Shown piece after piece: positions 1-7,289 of a stretch of 39,737 bases of DNA. Numbering within the stretch: the first letter of the stretch is position 1; each line of letters begins with the position of its first letter. A program made the translations under genes and the position numbers. Location of the stretch: positions 1 to 39,737 of IMG/VR virus record IMGVR_UViG_3300031947_000012. The stretch is one strand, 5' to 3'. This DNA comes from a virus. Its lineage: Duplodnaviria; Caudoviricetes. The notes below the pieces were generated by a model. It was not told the DNA's origin, made no database searches, and was given only the letters and a program-made list of their open reading frames with translations.

Positions 1-231
1 ATGACCGGCCTCATTGGAACGTTGATTGGAATCATTGTAATACTAATAATAACGGGCGTCATCTGGTGGGGAATTCAGCAGTTGCTGCCGCTGATTCCCC
101 TGCCGGCTCAGTTTCAGGTCATCATCAGGGTCTTGATGACGATCATTCTGGTCCTAATTGTGCTCTGGATCATTCTTGTCTTGCTGGGCACTGCCGGCGT
201 GCATGTGCCATGGCTAGGAGCCGTTAGATGA
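1..231 (+). CDS. Small two-TM membrane protein (possible holin-like)
   Basis: 76 aa with two long hydrophobic segments around a LIPLP turn. Stop overlaps the next start. Holin role is inferred from position only. Confidence 0.7.
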   Translation: MTGLIGTLIGIIVILIITGVIWWGIQQLLPLIPLPAQFQVIIRVLMTIILVLIVLWIILVLLGTAGVHVPWLGAVR

Positions 232-620
232 ACATCTACAAGCACGTCATCCTAGGCCTCGAGCAGGCGATCGAGCGCGAGATCGCCGAAGTCTTTCACA
301 GCGTCTGCGCCTCCGGCAATCCGGACACCCTACTGACGGGACCGCAGGCGCGTTTCAGGATCCAGATCATCAAGCGGGCCGCGGTTCGCATGCGCGAGCT
401 GATCGATGAGGAGGTGCGAAATGCCCATGAGGTCTCAGGAGCAGAGGCGAGCCATGTACGCGGCGGCCTCCGGCAAAGGCAAGATTGGGATTCCCAAGAA
501 GGTCGCGGCGGAATTCGTGGCCAGCGACAAGCCTGGGAAGCTGCCGAAGTACGCCCCCAAATCGAAAAGAGGGAAGCGGTAGACCACAGCAACATCGATT
601 ATAAGGGGCCGGACTCATAA
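228..620 (+). CDS. Hypothetical protein; 3' half overlaps another gene
   Basis: AGGAG RBS just upstream and start overlapping the previous gene. The N-terminal ~63 aa look helical; the remainder overlaps 421-582. Confidence 0.5.
   Translation: MNIYKHVILGLEQAIEREIAEVFHSVCASGNPDTLLTGPQARFRIQIIKRAAVRMRELIDEEVRNAHEVSGAEASHVRGGLRQRQDWDSQEGRGGIRGQRQAWEAAEVRPQIEKREAVDHSNIDYKGPDS
421..582 (+). CDS. Small basic phage protein, 53 aa (not in ORF track)
   Basis: Manual translation [53 protein letters not shown]. Strong GAGGAGGT RBS. Resembles the common phage 'S..Q.R.M.AAA...GIP..VAKEF' family. Confidence 0.8.
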   Translation: MPMRSQEQRRAMYAAASGKGKIGIPKKVAAEFVASDKPGKLPKYAPKSKRGKR

Positions 621-1256
621 TCATTTCGATAGTGCCTTTGCCTTCCTGATGGGCCCCTCCAGCGAGGTTGGCTGTGCTGGCGGCTCCGGTTTTGCCGTCA
701 AGCTGTACATCTCAAAAGAGATACCGTACTGCGCGAATGTCGCCGCCGACACCCATGTGGCGTCGTCCGGCGGAGCTTTGGTGAATAGCCGGATAGCTTT
801 ATCATCGAAGCCGAGCTCGTTCAGGTAGGCCCCTAGAAGGGCGTTCCCTGACCCGCTGATGCGTTGGCAGACGCCGCTCTCGCAATCAGTTCCCACCGCG
901 TGAAAGCCAAGCACGGTCCCTGGATAGATCTCTCGTTTGTAGCCGGCGAGCCAGATGTAGGCGCATGACGAGTTACATTTATCCATCGCGATCGTCGTCC
1001 AGCCGCGTTGCCGGATAATTTGTCCTATTTCGAGCATGGCATCGAGCGAGCCGCCAGGACTCGTCAGGAGCACCTCGACGCGATGCACGAGCGGGATCTC
1101 GAGCGCGATCGTTCGGAACACGGTCGCGTCTCCTGGCATCAGCTTTCCGGTGATGCGAATGGTGTGGCTGTTGTCTGGATACCGGTGATCGGCGATATCG
1201 GCCTGCGCGTGTACCGAGGCCAGCATCAGGCCGGCCGCGAGCCATAGGCTCTTCAT
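621..1256 (-). CDS. Secreted ClpP/crotonase-fold protein (COG3904-like periplasmic protein)
   Basis: Signal peptide ending AQA; motifs LTSPGGS, CNSSC, LGFH; RBS TAAGGAG. Confidence 0.75.
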   Translation of the reverse strand: MKSLWLAAGLMLASVHAQADIADHRYPDNSHTIRITGKLMPGDATVFRTIALEIPLVHRVEVLLTSPGGSLDAMLEIGQIIRQRGWTTIAMDKCNSSCAYIWLAGYKREIYPGTVLGFHAVGTDCESGVCQRISGSGNALLGAYLNELGFDDKAIRLFTKAPPDDATWVSAATFAQYGISFEMYSLTAKPEPPAQPTSLEGPIRKAKALSK

Positions 1257-1261
1257 TGTGG

Positions 1262-1492
1262 TTACTCCTTACAACGGTCGTCTACGGGCTTGCGCGGGCC
1301 GTGGCGTTTGCAATCGAGCGGGGGAGGGGTGAGGGTGCGATAGCGCAGCATCCAATCATGCCGGTTCGTGACCCCCACGCGATAGTCCCTGCTGATGTGG
1401 CCGTTCTCGCGCAGAAAGCCCTCGGGCTTTTGCTCCTCCGCGTGAGCCTCACATCCCTCAAGCATCAAGAGTATCAGCCACACCCACTTCAT
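1262..1492 (-). CDS. Small putative secreted protein
   Basis: Starts MKWVWLILLMLEGCEAHA with a GGAG RBS. The ORF-track start at 1555 overlaps the upstream gene. Confidence 0.6.
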   Translation of the reverse strand: MKWVWLILLMLEGCEAHAEEQKPEGFLRENGHISRDYRVGVTNRHDWMLRYRTLTPPPLDCKRHGPRKPVDDRCKE

Positions 1493-1496
1493 TGAT

Positions 1497-1625
1497 TCAG
1501 CTCCAGTCATCGTCGCAATCGTAATGGTGATGGTGATGGCAGCCGGAGTCTGCACTGGCGTCCGCGGCGCCGAAGAAGAAGCATGCGAGACTCAGCAGGC
1601 CAAATAGTCCGATCAGGTGATGCAT
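1497..1625 (-). CDS. Secreted His/Cys/Asp-rich peptide, 42 aa (not in ORF track)
   Basis: MHHLIGLFGLLSLACFFFGAADASADSGCHHHHHYDCDDDWS; GGAGG RBS; fills the operon gap exactly. Confidence 0.7.
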   Translation of the reverse strand: MHHLIGLFGLLSLACFFFGAADASADSGCHHHHHYDCDDDWS

Positions 1626-1900
1626 GGGTCAGTCCTCCACTCCAATGCGTTCGGGCAGCGTGAGCTGAAGATTGCGGAGGACTTGCTCGGCCTCTTCGTA
1701 GCTCAGAACAATGGTGGTGTAGGACTTCACGGCCCTGAGCTGCAGTGAAATGTGTCCTGGCGCGCAGTTGTAGACCCGCACGGTATTTGCGGCGGCTATT
1801 TGCTCGCGTTTCTGGTTGAGCGTGACTGTGTTGCGCGGCCTAACGCTGCGGTCGGTTACTTGGGTCATGGGTCAGTCCTCCAGTCCAATGTTGCGTTCGG
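1623..1900. repeat. Two ~32-35 bp direct repeats (1623-1654 and 1866-1900) at gene junctions
   Basis: CATGGGTCAGTCCTCCA[C/G]TCCAATG(TTG)CGTTCGG; one substitution and one 3-nt indel. Confidence 0.9.
1629..1868 (-). CDS. Hypothetical protein
   Basis: 79 aa, GGAGG RBS, tightly packed in the operon. Confidence 0.7.
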   Translation of the reverse strand: MTQVTDRSVRPRNTVTLNQKREQIAAANTVRVYNCAPGHISLQLRAVKSYTTIVLSYEEAEQVLRNLQLTLPERIGVED

Positions 1901-2054
1901 TCAGATCCGCGAGTGCGGAGAGCAGGGTGGGGCCGTATCCTGGCGTCCAGCCCTCCGCGAGGTCTTCAAGCATGGCGACGTAACGGCCGTTGGAGAGCTG
2001 ACCCACGATCACGTAGTTGCGCTGGACGGGGAAATAGATGCGTTGGGTATTCAT
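1872..2054 (-). CDS. Hypothetical protein
   Basis: 60 aa, GAGGA RBS, first gene behind the leftward promoter. Confidence 0.7.
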   Translation of the reverse strand: MNTQRIYFPVQRNYVIVGQLSNGRYVAMLEDLAEGWTPGYGPTLLSALADLTERNIGLED

Positions 2055-2080
2055 GTAATGTCCTCATTGCTGATGAACCA

Positions 2081-2120
2081 TACATACGATATGATCCTGC
2101 CACCGTCAATATCGTACATA
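2081..2120 (-). promoter_or_regulatory. Leftward sigma70-like promoter with inverted-repeat operator
   Basis: Minus strand TTGACG-N17-TATGTA. Inverted repeat TACGATATGA (2085-2094) / TCAATATCGTA (2106-2116) overlaps the -10 and -35. Confidence 0.6.
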
Positions 2121-2133
2121 TGAAAAAACTGTG

Positions 2134-2295
2134 ATGGGACGCAAAAAACTTTGGAAAAGACGGCTGACCCTTCCGCTGGCGGCGGAGACGGTCGAGCGGA
2201 TCGATTCCGTTTTGGAAGAGGGGGAGGCGCGGCTCGATCTCATTCGGGCGGCGATCGAGCGGGAGCTCAAGCGGCGCGAGCGGAAGACTTCCTAG
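2134..2295 (+). CDS. Ribbon-helix-helix (CopG/Arc-like) regulator, 53 aa (not in ORF track)
   Basis: MGRKKLWKRRLTLPLAAETVERIDSVLEEGEARLDLIRAAIERELKRRERKTS: alternating beta-strand plus two helices ending IRxAIERE. Confidence 0.8.
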   Translation: MGRKKLWKRRLTLPLAAETVERIDSVLEEGEARLDLIRAAIERELKRRERKTS

Positions 2296-2319
2296 TTCCG
2301 CGGACAAGGAGACGATGCA

Positions 2320-2394
2320 ATGAAAAACCTTTACGAATTCGAGGTTCGCGCCCAGTGTCCGGTGATGCCTGACGATACCGACCTGTACCGCTAA
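2320..2394 (+). pseudogene. Probable truncated gene remnant (24 codons)
   Basis: GGAG RBS then MKNLYEFEVRAQCPVMPDDTDLYR*, ending where the convergent gene ends. Confidence 0.4.
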
Positions 2395-2594
2395 TTCGCC
2401 CTCTCTCTCCTGACAGGCCTCTGCGCCTTGATAAACGACAGGGCGAGCTCTGCCCGACTGACGATTTGCCTGAGGCGCATTTCCTCCGCGGCGACCTCGT
2501 CGCAGTAGTTCGGATCGAGCGAACTCTCGACAACGACATCGAGTGCCTGGATGATGTAATCCAGTCCTTGACGAATAGAGGGGCGATCGCTCAT
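2391..2594 (-). CDS. Hypothetical protein
   Basis: 67 aa starting MSDRPSIRQG; ATGA coupling with the upstream gene. Confidence 0.7.
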   Translation of the reverse strand: MSDRPSIRQGLDYIIQALDVVVESSLDPNYCDEVAAEEMRLRQIVSRAELALSFIKAQRPVRRERAN

Positions 2595-2707
2595 TGCCAC
2601 TCGTCCCTGGCGAGAATGTCGAGGTGAGCCCTGAGGCAGGCATAGATCACCAATGGAATAAAGACCGTGATGGAGCCGGCGAGTACGGCAATCAGGCTGC
2701 TGTCCAT
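2591..2707 (-). CDS. Small single-TM protein, 38 aa (not in ORF track)
   Basis: MDSSLIAVLAGSITVFIPLVIYACLRAHLDILARDEWQ; AGGAGG RBS; ATGA overlap with the next gene. Confidence 0.7.
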   Translation of the reverse strand: MDSSLIAVLAGSITVFIPLVIYACLRAHLDILARDEWQ

Positions 2708-2719
2708 ATAGGATCCTCC

Positions 2720-2826
2720 TGACCGAATAGGTAGTACGTTTCCTACATCGTACGCAAGAGGACAGAATCCATTCCTCCTAAATGTAGGACTATACCTAAA
2801 TAAAGGATTACTATATACCCTATAGT
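2720..2826. promoter_or_regulatory. AT-rich divergent control region with operator-like repeats
   Basis: Repeated CCTA(C/A)AT half-sites, including the imperfect palindrome TCCTAAATGTAGGA. Lies between leftward genes and the Cro-like gene. Confidence 0.55.
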
Positions 2827-3033
2827 ATGATTCGGAATCCTACGCTGGAGCTACTCCGCGAGATCGAGGCCTTTCTGGAACAAACCGGAATGCCGCCATC
2901 GGCGTTCGGCCGGGCGACCATCGGCGATCCCAATCTCGTCCGCGATCTCAAGGATGGCCGAGAGCTCCGCTTCCAGACGACCCAAACCATCAAGAATTAC
3001 ATCGCGTCCTATCGACGCCGGAAGTCGGCCTAA
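2827..3033 (+). CDS. Cro-like HTH transcriptional regulator
   Basis: 68 aa, IEAFL..TGM.PSAFGR...GDPNLV.DL..GR pattern typical of alphaproteobacterial phage HTH proteins. First gene of the early operon. Confidence 0.8.
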   Translation: MIRNPTLELLREIEAFLEQTGMPPSAFGRATIGDPNLVRDLKDGRELRFQTTQTIKNYIASYRRRKSA

Positions 3034-3063
3034 CCAAGCCGCCTTCCGGCAGAATGTCTCCGC

Positions 3064-3657
3064 ATGACCGACACCGAAACCAATCGCCCGCGCCCGCGCC
3101 GTTCGCACATCTTCCCGAAGGAACCGCACGGCCATTACGTCGAATCTTCTTGGTGCTCCAAGCGCCTGTTCGAGGCCGAGCCATTCGAGGGCTCGATCGT
3201 CGATCCCGCTTGTGGCTGGGGCACGATCGTCGTTAACGCTATCCTCGCCGGCTATAACGCCGCGGGTTGTGATCTCGTCTATCGCGGTTGGGACAACTCG
3301 TCGCTGACGCCGAGCGACTTTCTCAAGAGCGAGATCATCTGGGACAACATCGTTACCAACCCGCCGTTCGATTTGCTCAAGGAATTCACCATCCAAGCCG
3401 TGCGGCGATCGCAACGCAAGGCAGCGCTGATCTTTCCGCTGGCGCGCATGCCGGCAGCACACTGGCTCGACCAACTACCTCTGGCGCGCGTCTGGCTGCT
3501 CTCGCCGCGGCCCTCGATGCCGCCTGGAAGCTATATCAGAGCAGGGAACAAGCGTTCCGGAGGGAGAGTCGACTTTTGCTGGCTTGTGTTCGAGCACGGC
3601 CACCTCGGTAAACCCACAATGGAATGGCTGCACCGCGATGCCCCGCGCCAACCATGA
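3064..3657 (+). CDS. Orphan amino (N6-adenine) DNA methyltransferase
   Basis: SAM motif DPACGWG and catalytic IVTNPPF. Confidence 0.85.
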   Translation: MTDTETNRPRPRRSHIFPKEPHGHYVESSWCSKRLFEAEPFEGSIVDPACGWGTIVVNAILAGYNAAGCDLVYRGWDNSSLTPSDFLKSEIIWDNIVTNPPFDLLKEFTIQAVRRSQRKAALIFPLARMPAAHWLDQLPLARVWLLSPRPSMPPGSYIRAGNKRSGGRVDFCWLVFEHGHLGKPTMEWLHRDAPRQP

Positions 3658-4009
3658 ACATCAGATCCAATGCGCGATCGTCGAGTTCTGGAATCTGCGC
3701 GGCCGCAGAGATCTCGAGCTGCGCGCAGTCCCGAATGGCGGCCTGCGCAATCCTGTCACCGCGCGGCGACTGAAGGCCGAGGGCGTGCGCCCTGGAACGC
3801 CTGACATGTTTGTCGTGCTCCCTAACGGCCGCACCGGATGGATCGAGATCAAGACTCCGAAGGGCCGATTGACAGATGAGCAAAAAGAATTCGCGCGCAA
3901 GGTTCTGAACCTCGGGCACGAATGGGCAGTGGTCAAGGATTTGAAGGACGCGCAAATCGTACTCGCGATGTGGGGCGCGCTGCGCGGAATAAGGGAGGCA
4001 GCTGAATAG
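3638..4009 (+). CDS. VRR-NUC domain nuclease (PD-(D/E)XK; possible junction resolvase)
   Basis: EHQIQ, VPNGGLR, GVRPGTPD, IEIKTPKGRLT..Q motifs. Confidence 0.9.
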   Translation: MPRANHEHQIQCAIVEFWNLRGRRDLELRAVPNGGLRNPVTARRLKAEGVRPGTPDMFVVLPNGRTGWIEIKTPKGRLTDEQKEFARKVLNLGHEWAVVKDLKDAQIVLAMWGALRGIREAAE

Positions 4010-4120
4010 CTACAGCGCCGCGACGATGGCGCAGATGATTATCAGCCACAGCACAATGGAGATCAGACCTCCGTTGTAAAAGCCGCGCGCCGCACGCAGT
4101 CCGTCATCGTATTCGTACAT
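4010..4120 (-). CDS. Small membrane peptide, 36 aa (not in ORF track)
   Basis: MYEYDDGLRAARGFYNGGLISIVLWLIIICAIVAAL; GAGAG RBS; stop abuts the VRR-NUC stop. Confidence 0.65.
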   Translation of the reverse strand: MYEYDDGLRAARGFYNGGLISIVLWLIIICAIVAAL

Positions 4121-4156
4121 CGTACTCTCGTACTACGTCGGCGCGGTCCTACCCGA

Positions 4157-4174
4157 TTGTTACCGTGGTAACAA
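4157..4174. promoter_or_regulatory. Palindromic operator-like site
   Basis: TTGTTACC-GT-GGTAACAA, perfect 8-bp arms, between divergent genes. Confidence 0.5.
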
Positions 4175-4229
4175 AATTCAAAAAGCGACCGAACCGACAC
4201 AGGTTAACGAGACTGAGGGGAGCTGCGCA

Positions 4230-4706
4230 ATGACAACGATATCATCGGTGGATCCTTTGCTCGCCGCCTTGCGAGCGATCCATCCGGACAGGGACAAAAC
4301 CGACGATTGCCATGATGATGTTGAGCCACCGGAGCCATCGAGGCCGCACGAGTGGCTCTTCGTCGCGACCCAGCCGCTGCCACTGCCGCGGACCATTCGT
4401 CGGGCCATGGCCGTGGTGGCGCGTGACTACGATACTTCGGTGTGGGCGTTGCAGTCTCCCATCCGCACGGCCGAGGTCGTGCTGCCGCGTCAGATCGTGA
4501 TGTACCTCGCCAAGCATCGCATTGGCGCGTCGCTGCCGGCGATCGGCAGGGTGCTCGGTGGTCGCAATCACACCACTATTCTGCACGGGATCAAACGCAT
4601 CGAGGCGCGGCTGGCGAGCAGCGATGTCGAGTTCACGGAGCGGATCAACAGGCTTATCGCAACCATCTTTCCGGAGGATGATGACCATGATCACTCGGGC
4701 AATTAA
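4230..4706 (+). CDS. DnaA C-terminal (domain IV, Bac_DnaA_C) HTH protein
   Basis: R...VVLPRQIVMYLA......SLPAIGRVLGGRNHTTILHGIKRIE matches the DnaA signature. No AAA+ domain. Confidence 0.9.
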   Translation: MTTISSVDPLLAALRAIHPDRDKTDDCHDDVEPPEPSRPHEWLFVATQPLPLPRTIRRAMAVVARDYDTSVWALQSPIRTAEVVLPRQIVMYLAKHRIGASLPAIGRVLGGRNHTTILHGIKRIEARLASSDVEFTERINRLIATIFPEDDDHDHSGN

Positions 4707-5586
4707 AGCTGACGATGCTTGGCTGAAGTGGAAAGAGCAGGTGATTGGCGCGTCCGAGATCGGCGCGGTGTTTCACTGCCATGATCACCTGACCTATTAC
4801 CAGCTCTATCACATGAAGCGTGACAAGCTGAAAACAGAGAAAAACAAGGCGATGGAGGACGGCCTGTTGATGCAGGAGGTCGCGCTCAAGATGATCCAGC
4901 GCGACCATCCCGAGTTCAAGGCATACGATCCCAGACTGCATTATTCCGATGCTGATTATGGCGTCGGCGCCACGCCGGACGTGTTCGCGCAAGACGCGAA
5001 TGGCCGCCTCGGCGTCATCCAGATCAAACACGTTGACCGCGATGTCTACAGGCAGAAGTGGCTGAAATCGGTACCGACGTGGATTGCCCTGCAAGTCACT
5101 CAGGAGGCGTGGCTGACCGAAGCGAAGTGGGGAATGATTGCGGCGCTCGTTCACGATCATGAGCTACAGCTGTACCTGACCGACGTCGAGATCCACAACC
5201 ACGTCATCGACGAGATCAAGGTTCAAGCGACGGAATTCTGGCGCCGCGTCCGGGAGGGCGACGAGCCGGAGCCGAATTATCGCCGTGACAGCGAGGCGAT
5301 CCGCGAGGTGCTGCGCCAGGACGATGGCAGCGAGATCGATCTCTCAGGTGATAACGAGCTTCCCGAGATCTTGCACCAGCGCGCGATCCTCATCGGCGAG
5401 ATGGCGGCCTATGAGAAAGAGCTGAAGGCGATCAATGCCGAGCTCCTGCACCGCCTCGGCACCGCGCAAATCGGCCGGCTGAAGCAGGGCTACATCTCCG
5501 CCAAGACGATTCATCGCAAGGCCTATGAGGTCGCCGCGACGAGCTACCGGCAGCTTCGTGTCGTGACACCCCAACATGGAGATTAA
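4687..5586 (+). CDS. YqaJ-family (lambda Exo-like) viral recombinase exonuclease
   Basis: WL..K...IGASEIGA, GATPD, IQIK and LQV..E motifs; GGAGG RBS. Start could be 4681. Confidence 0.88.
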   Translation: MITRAIKADDAWLKWKEQVIGASEIGAVFHCHDHLTYYQLYHMKRDKLKTEKNKAMEDGLLMQEVALKMIQRDHPEFKAYDPRLHYSDADYGVGATPDVFAQDANGRLGVIQIKHVDRDVYRQKWLKSVPTWIALQVTQEAWLTEAKWGMIAALVHDHELQLYLTDVEIHNHVIDEIKVQATEFWRRVREGDEPEPNYRRDSEAIREVLRQDDGSEIDLSGDNELPEILHQRAILIGEMAAYEKELKAINAELLHRLGTAQIGRLKQGYISAKTIHRKAYEVAATSYRQLRVVTPQHGD

Positions 5587-5591
5587 TAACC

Positions 5592-7286
5592 ATGATCGAC
5601 CTTGTCCGAAGGCTCATCGAACATCTGCGTCAATGGCTGCGCGAGCCTGACCGCCCGCAGCCGCTCGCACTATCCCCACCCGCACGGGTCTCTGCCTACG
5701 ATGATCGCTTTGGCTATGCCCAGGAGATGAAACTATGCGAATCCTCAGATGCGAGCCACCGCTCTATTACAACAGAGCCGAATTCGCGAACGCCGTCTAC
5801 CACGCCGTCCCCATCGATCCGCGCGGCGCTAAGTCCTGCGACATCATCCGAGCCCTCTGCGGAACAGCCCGCGCCATCTGGAGCGCCCGAGACGGAGACC
5901 GCGTCACCTGCCGCCGCTGCCTCGCCATCGCGCAAGGCACGTCGCAAGGCGGCCTCGGAGTTTCGCAAGCTCGAGAAGGCGCGGATGAAGTTCGACAAGT
6001 GGGTGACGCCGCAAGGCGCGCCGGCAGAGAAGGAGAAGGTGCAGCGTGCCGCACCAAAGCCGAAGGCTCCGAAACCTGAGACGGTCGAGCCTGAGCCTGA
6101 GCCCGAGACCGGCTTCGATCTCACCGGCAAGACCGCCAACGTCGGCATCGCCGACCACTACGATCTCGACCCCAACAATCCCGAGGTGCTGTACGAGGAA
6201 ACCGAGCTGTGGGGCCAGTATAATTTCCGCGATACGATCCTCGACCAGCTCGAGCGCTACTGGTGGTATCTGGAGCGCATGAAGGCTCGCGATCCGGACG
6301 CCTACGGCTTCTATAAGACCTACGGCGCGCAGCTGGTGCCCTATCTCACCAACAAATTGGTGGGCAAGGCCAAGAAGAAAAGCGACAAGCTGGTCGGCAA
6401 GGAGCTCGAAAAGTATCGCAGCGAGATCACCCTGTCGCCGATGTTCAATGAGATGCGACCCGCCTTCGGCTGCGTCGTGTTCGGCGCCAATCCGAAGGTC
6501 GAGTCCTGGGAGGAGGGCAACAAGATCATGTGGCCGCGGTTCATCTACTACACTAAGATGGATCGGCCACCGCCCGAGACGCAGCTGATGCTGGGCGGCG
6601 ACACCTACAAGTGTACCTTGTGGTGGGACTCGCCGAAGCGCGCGAAAAAGTGGGGCACGCCGCAGCAATTTTGCATCTTCATCGATCGCTCCGGCCAGCA
6701 CATTCAAGTGCTGCGCACTTGCGAAACCAGAATGATTCATATCCACAAAAAGAAGGGCCTCGGACTGTTTGACATTCCGGACAGGCACTGGCGCATCCCA
6801 GGCGATTACGAGGAGTGGGCAGCCGAATTCGGCATCGACGCGCAGACCCACCTCTCGCACACGTTCTGCTCAGTGGTCGAGCACGCCGAGCACGCTCACT
6901 TTGGCGATGTCCGCGTGCAAGTGCATAAAGACGACATGACTGCTGTGTTTGCGATCGACAGCCGGCGGCTCAGCTACTTCTTTAGGGATCGCGACTACGA
7001 CGAGGATGGCCGCAGGCGCGTGTTCCACATCGTGCGGCCGCATGTGCGGGCCGATGGCTCCACGGTCAAGATGCATTACCGCGGCGAGAAAAGCTTCACG
7101 TGGGCCGGCTATCGCGTCGAGATCACGGTACCGGCGCTCGACCACTTCATGGACGAGGATTTCGGCGTCGGCTCCAGCGATGCATTCTGGATCCATCACA
7201 AGAAGAAATACCTCACCGAGCCGGAAGTCGCCGCCAAGCTCGTGGGATGGCAACACCAAGGCTACGGCGGACATCAAAGGAGCTAA
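5592..7286 (+). CDS. Large hypothetical phage protein
   Basis: 564 aa with a disordered N-terminus, aromatic-rich core and C-terminal HIVRPHVR...VKMHYRG motif. Confidence 0.85.
   Translation: MIDLVRRLIEHLRQWLREPDRPQPLALSPPARVSAYDDRFGYAQEMKLCESSDASHRSITTEPNSRTPSTTPSPSIRAALSPATSSEPSAEQPAPSGAPETETASPAAAASPSRKARRKAASEFRKLEKARMKFDKWVTPQGAPAEKEKVQRAAPKPKAPKPETVEPEPEPETGFDLTGKTANVGIADHYDLDPNNPEVLYEETELWGQYNFRDTILDQLERYWWYLERMKARDPDAYGFYKTYGAQLVPYLTNKLVGKAKKKSDKLVGKELEKYRSEITLSPMFNEMRPAFGCVVFGANPKVESWEEGNKIMWPRFIYYTKMDRPPPETQLMLGGDTYKCTLWWDSPKRAKKWGTPQQFCIFIDRSGQHIQVLRTCETRMIHIHKKKGLGLFDIPDRHWRIPGDYEEWAAEFGIDAQTHLSHTFCSVVEHAEHAHFGDVRVQVHKDDMTAVFAIDSRRLSYFFRDRDYDEDGRRRVFHIVRPHVRADGSTVKMHYRGEKSFTWAGYRVEITVPALDHFMDEDFGVGSSDAFWIHHKKKYLTEPEVAAKLVGWQHQGYGGHQRS
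5735..6079 (+). CDS. Putative overprinted zinc-finger protein
   Basis: AGGAG RBS; H-...-ALCG-...-VTCRRC motif; lies in another frame of the disordered part of 5592-7286. Confidence 0.5.
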   Translation: MRILRCEPPLYYNRAEFANAVYHAVPIDPRGAKSCDIIRALCGTARAIWSARDGDRVTCRRCLAIAQGTSQGGLGVSQAREGADEVRQVGDAARRAGREGEGAACRTKAEGSET

Positions 7287-7289
7287 CAC

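Noticed and set aside
3064-4009. Methyltransferase plus nuclease considered as a restriction-modification system
   Set aside because: The nuclease is a typical phage VRR-NUC and orphan methyltransferases are common in early regions.
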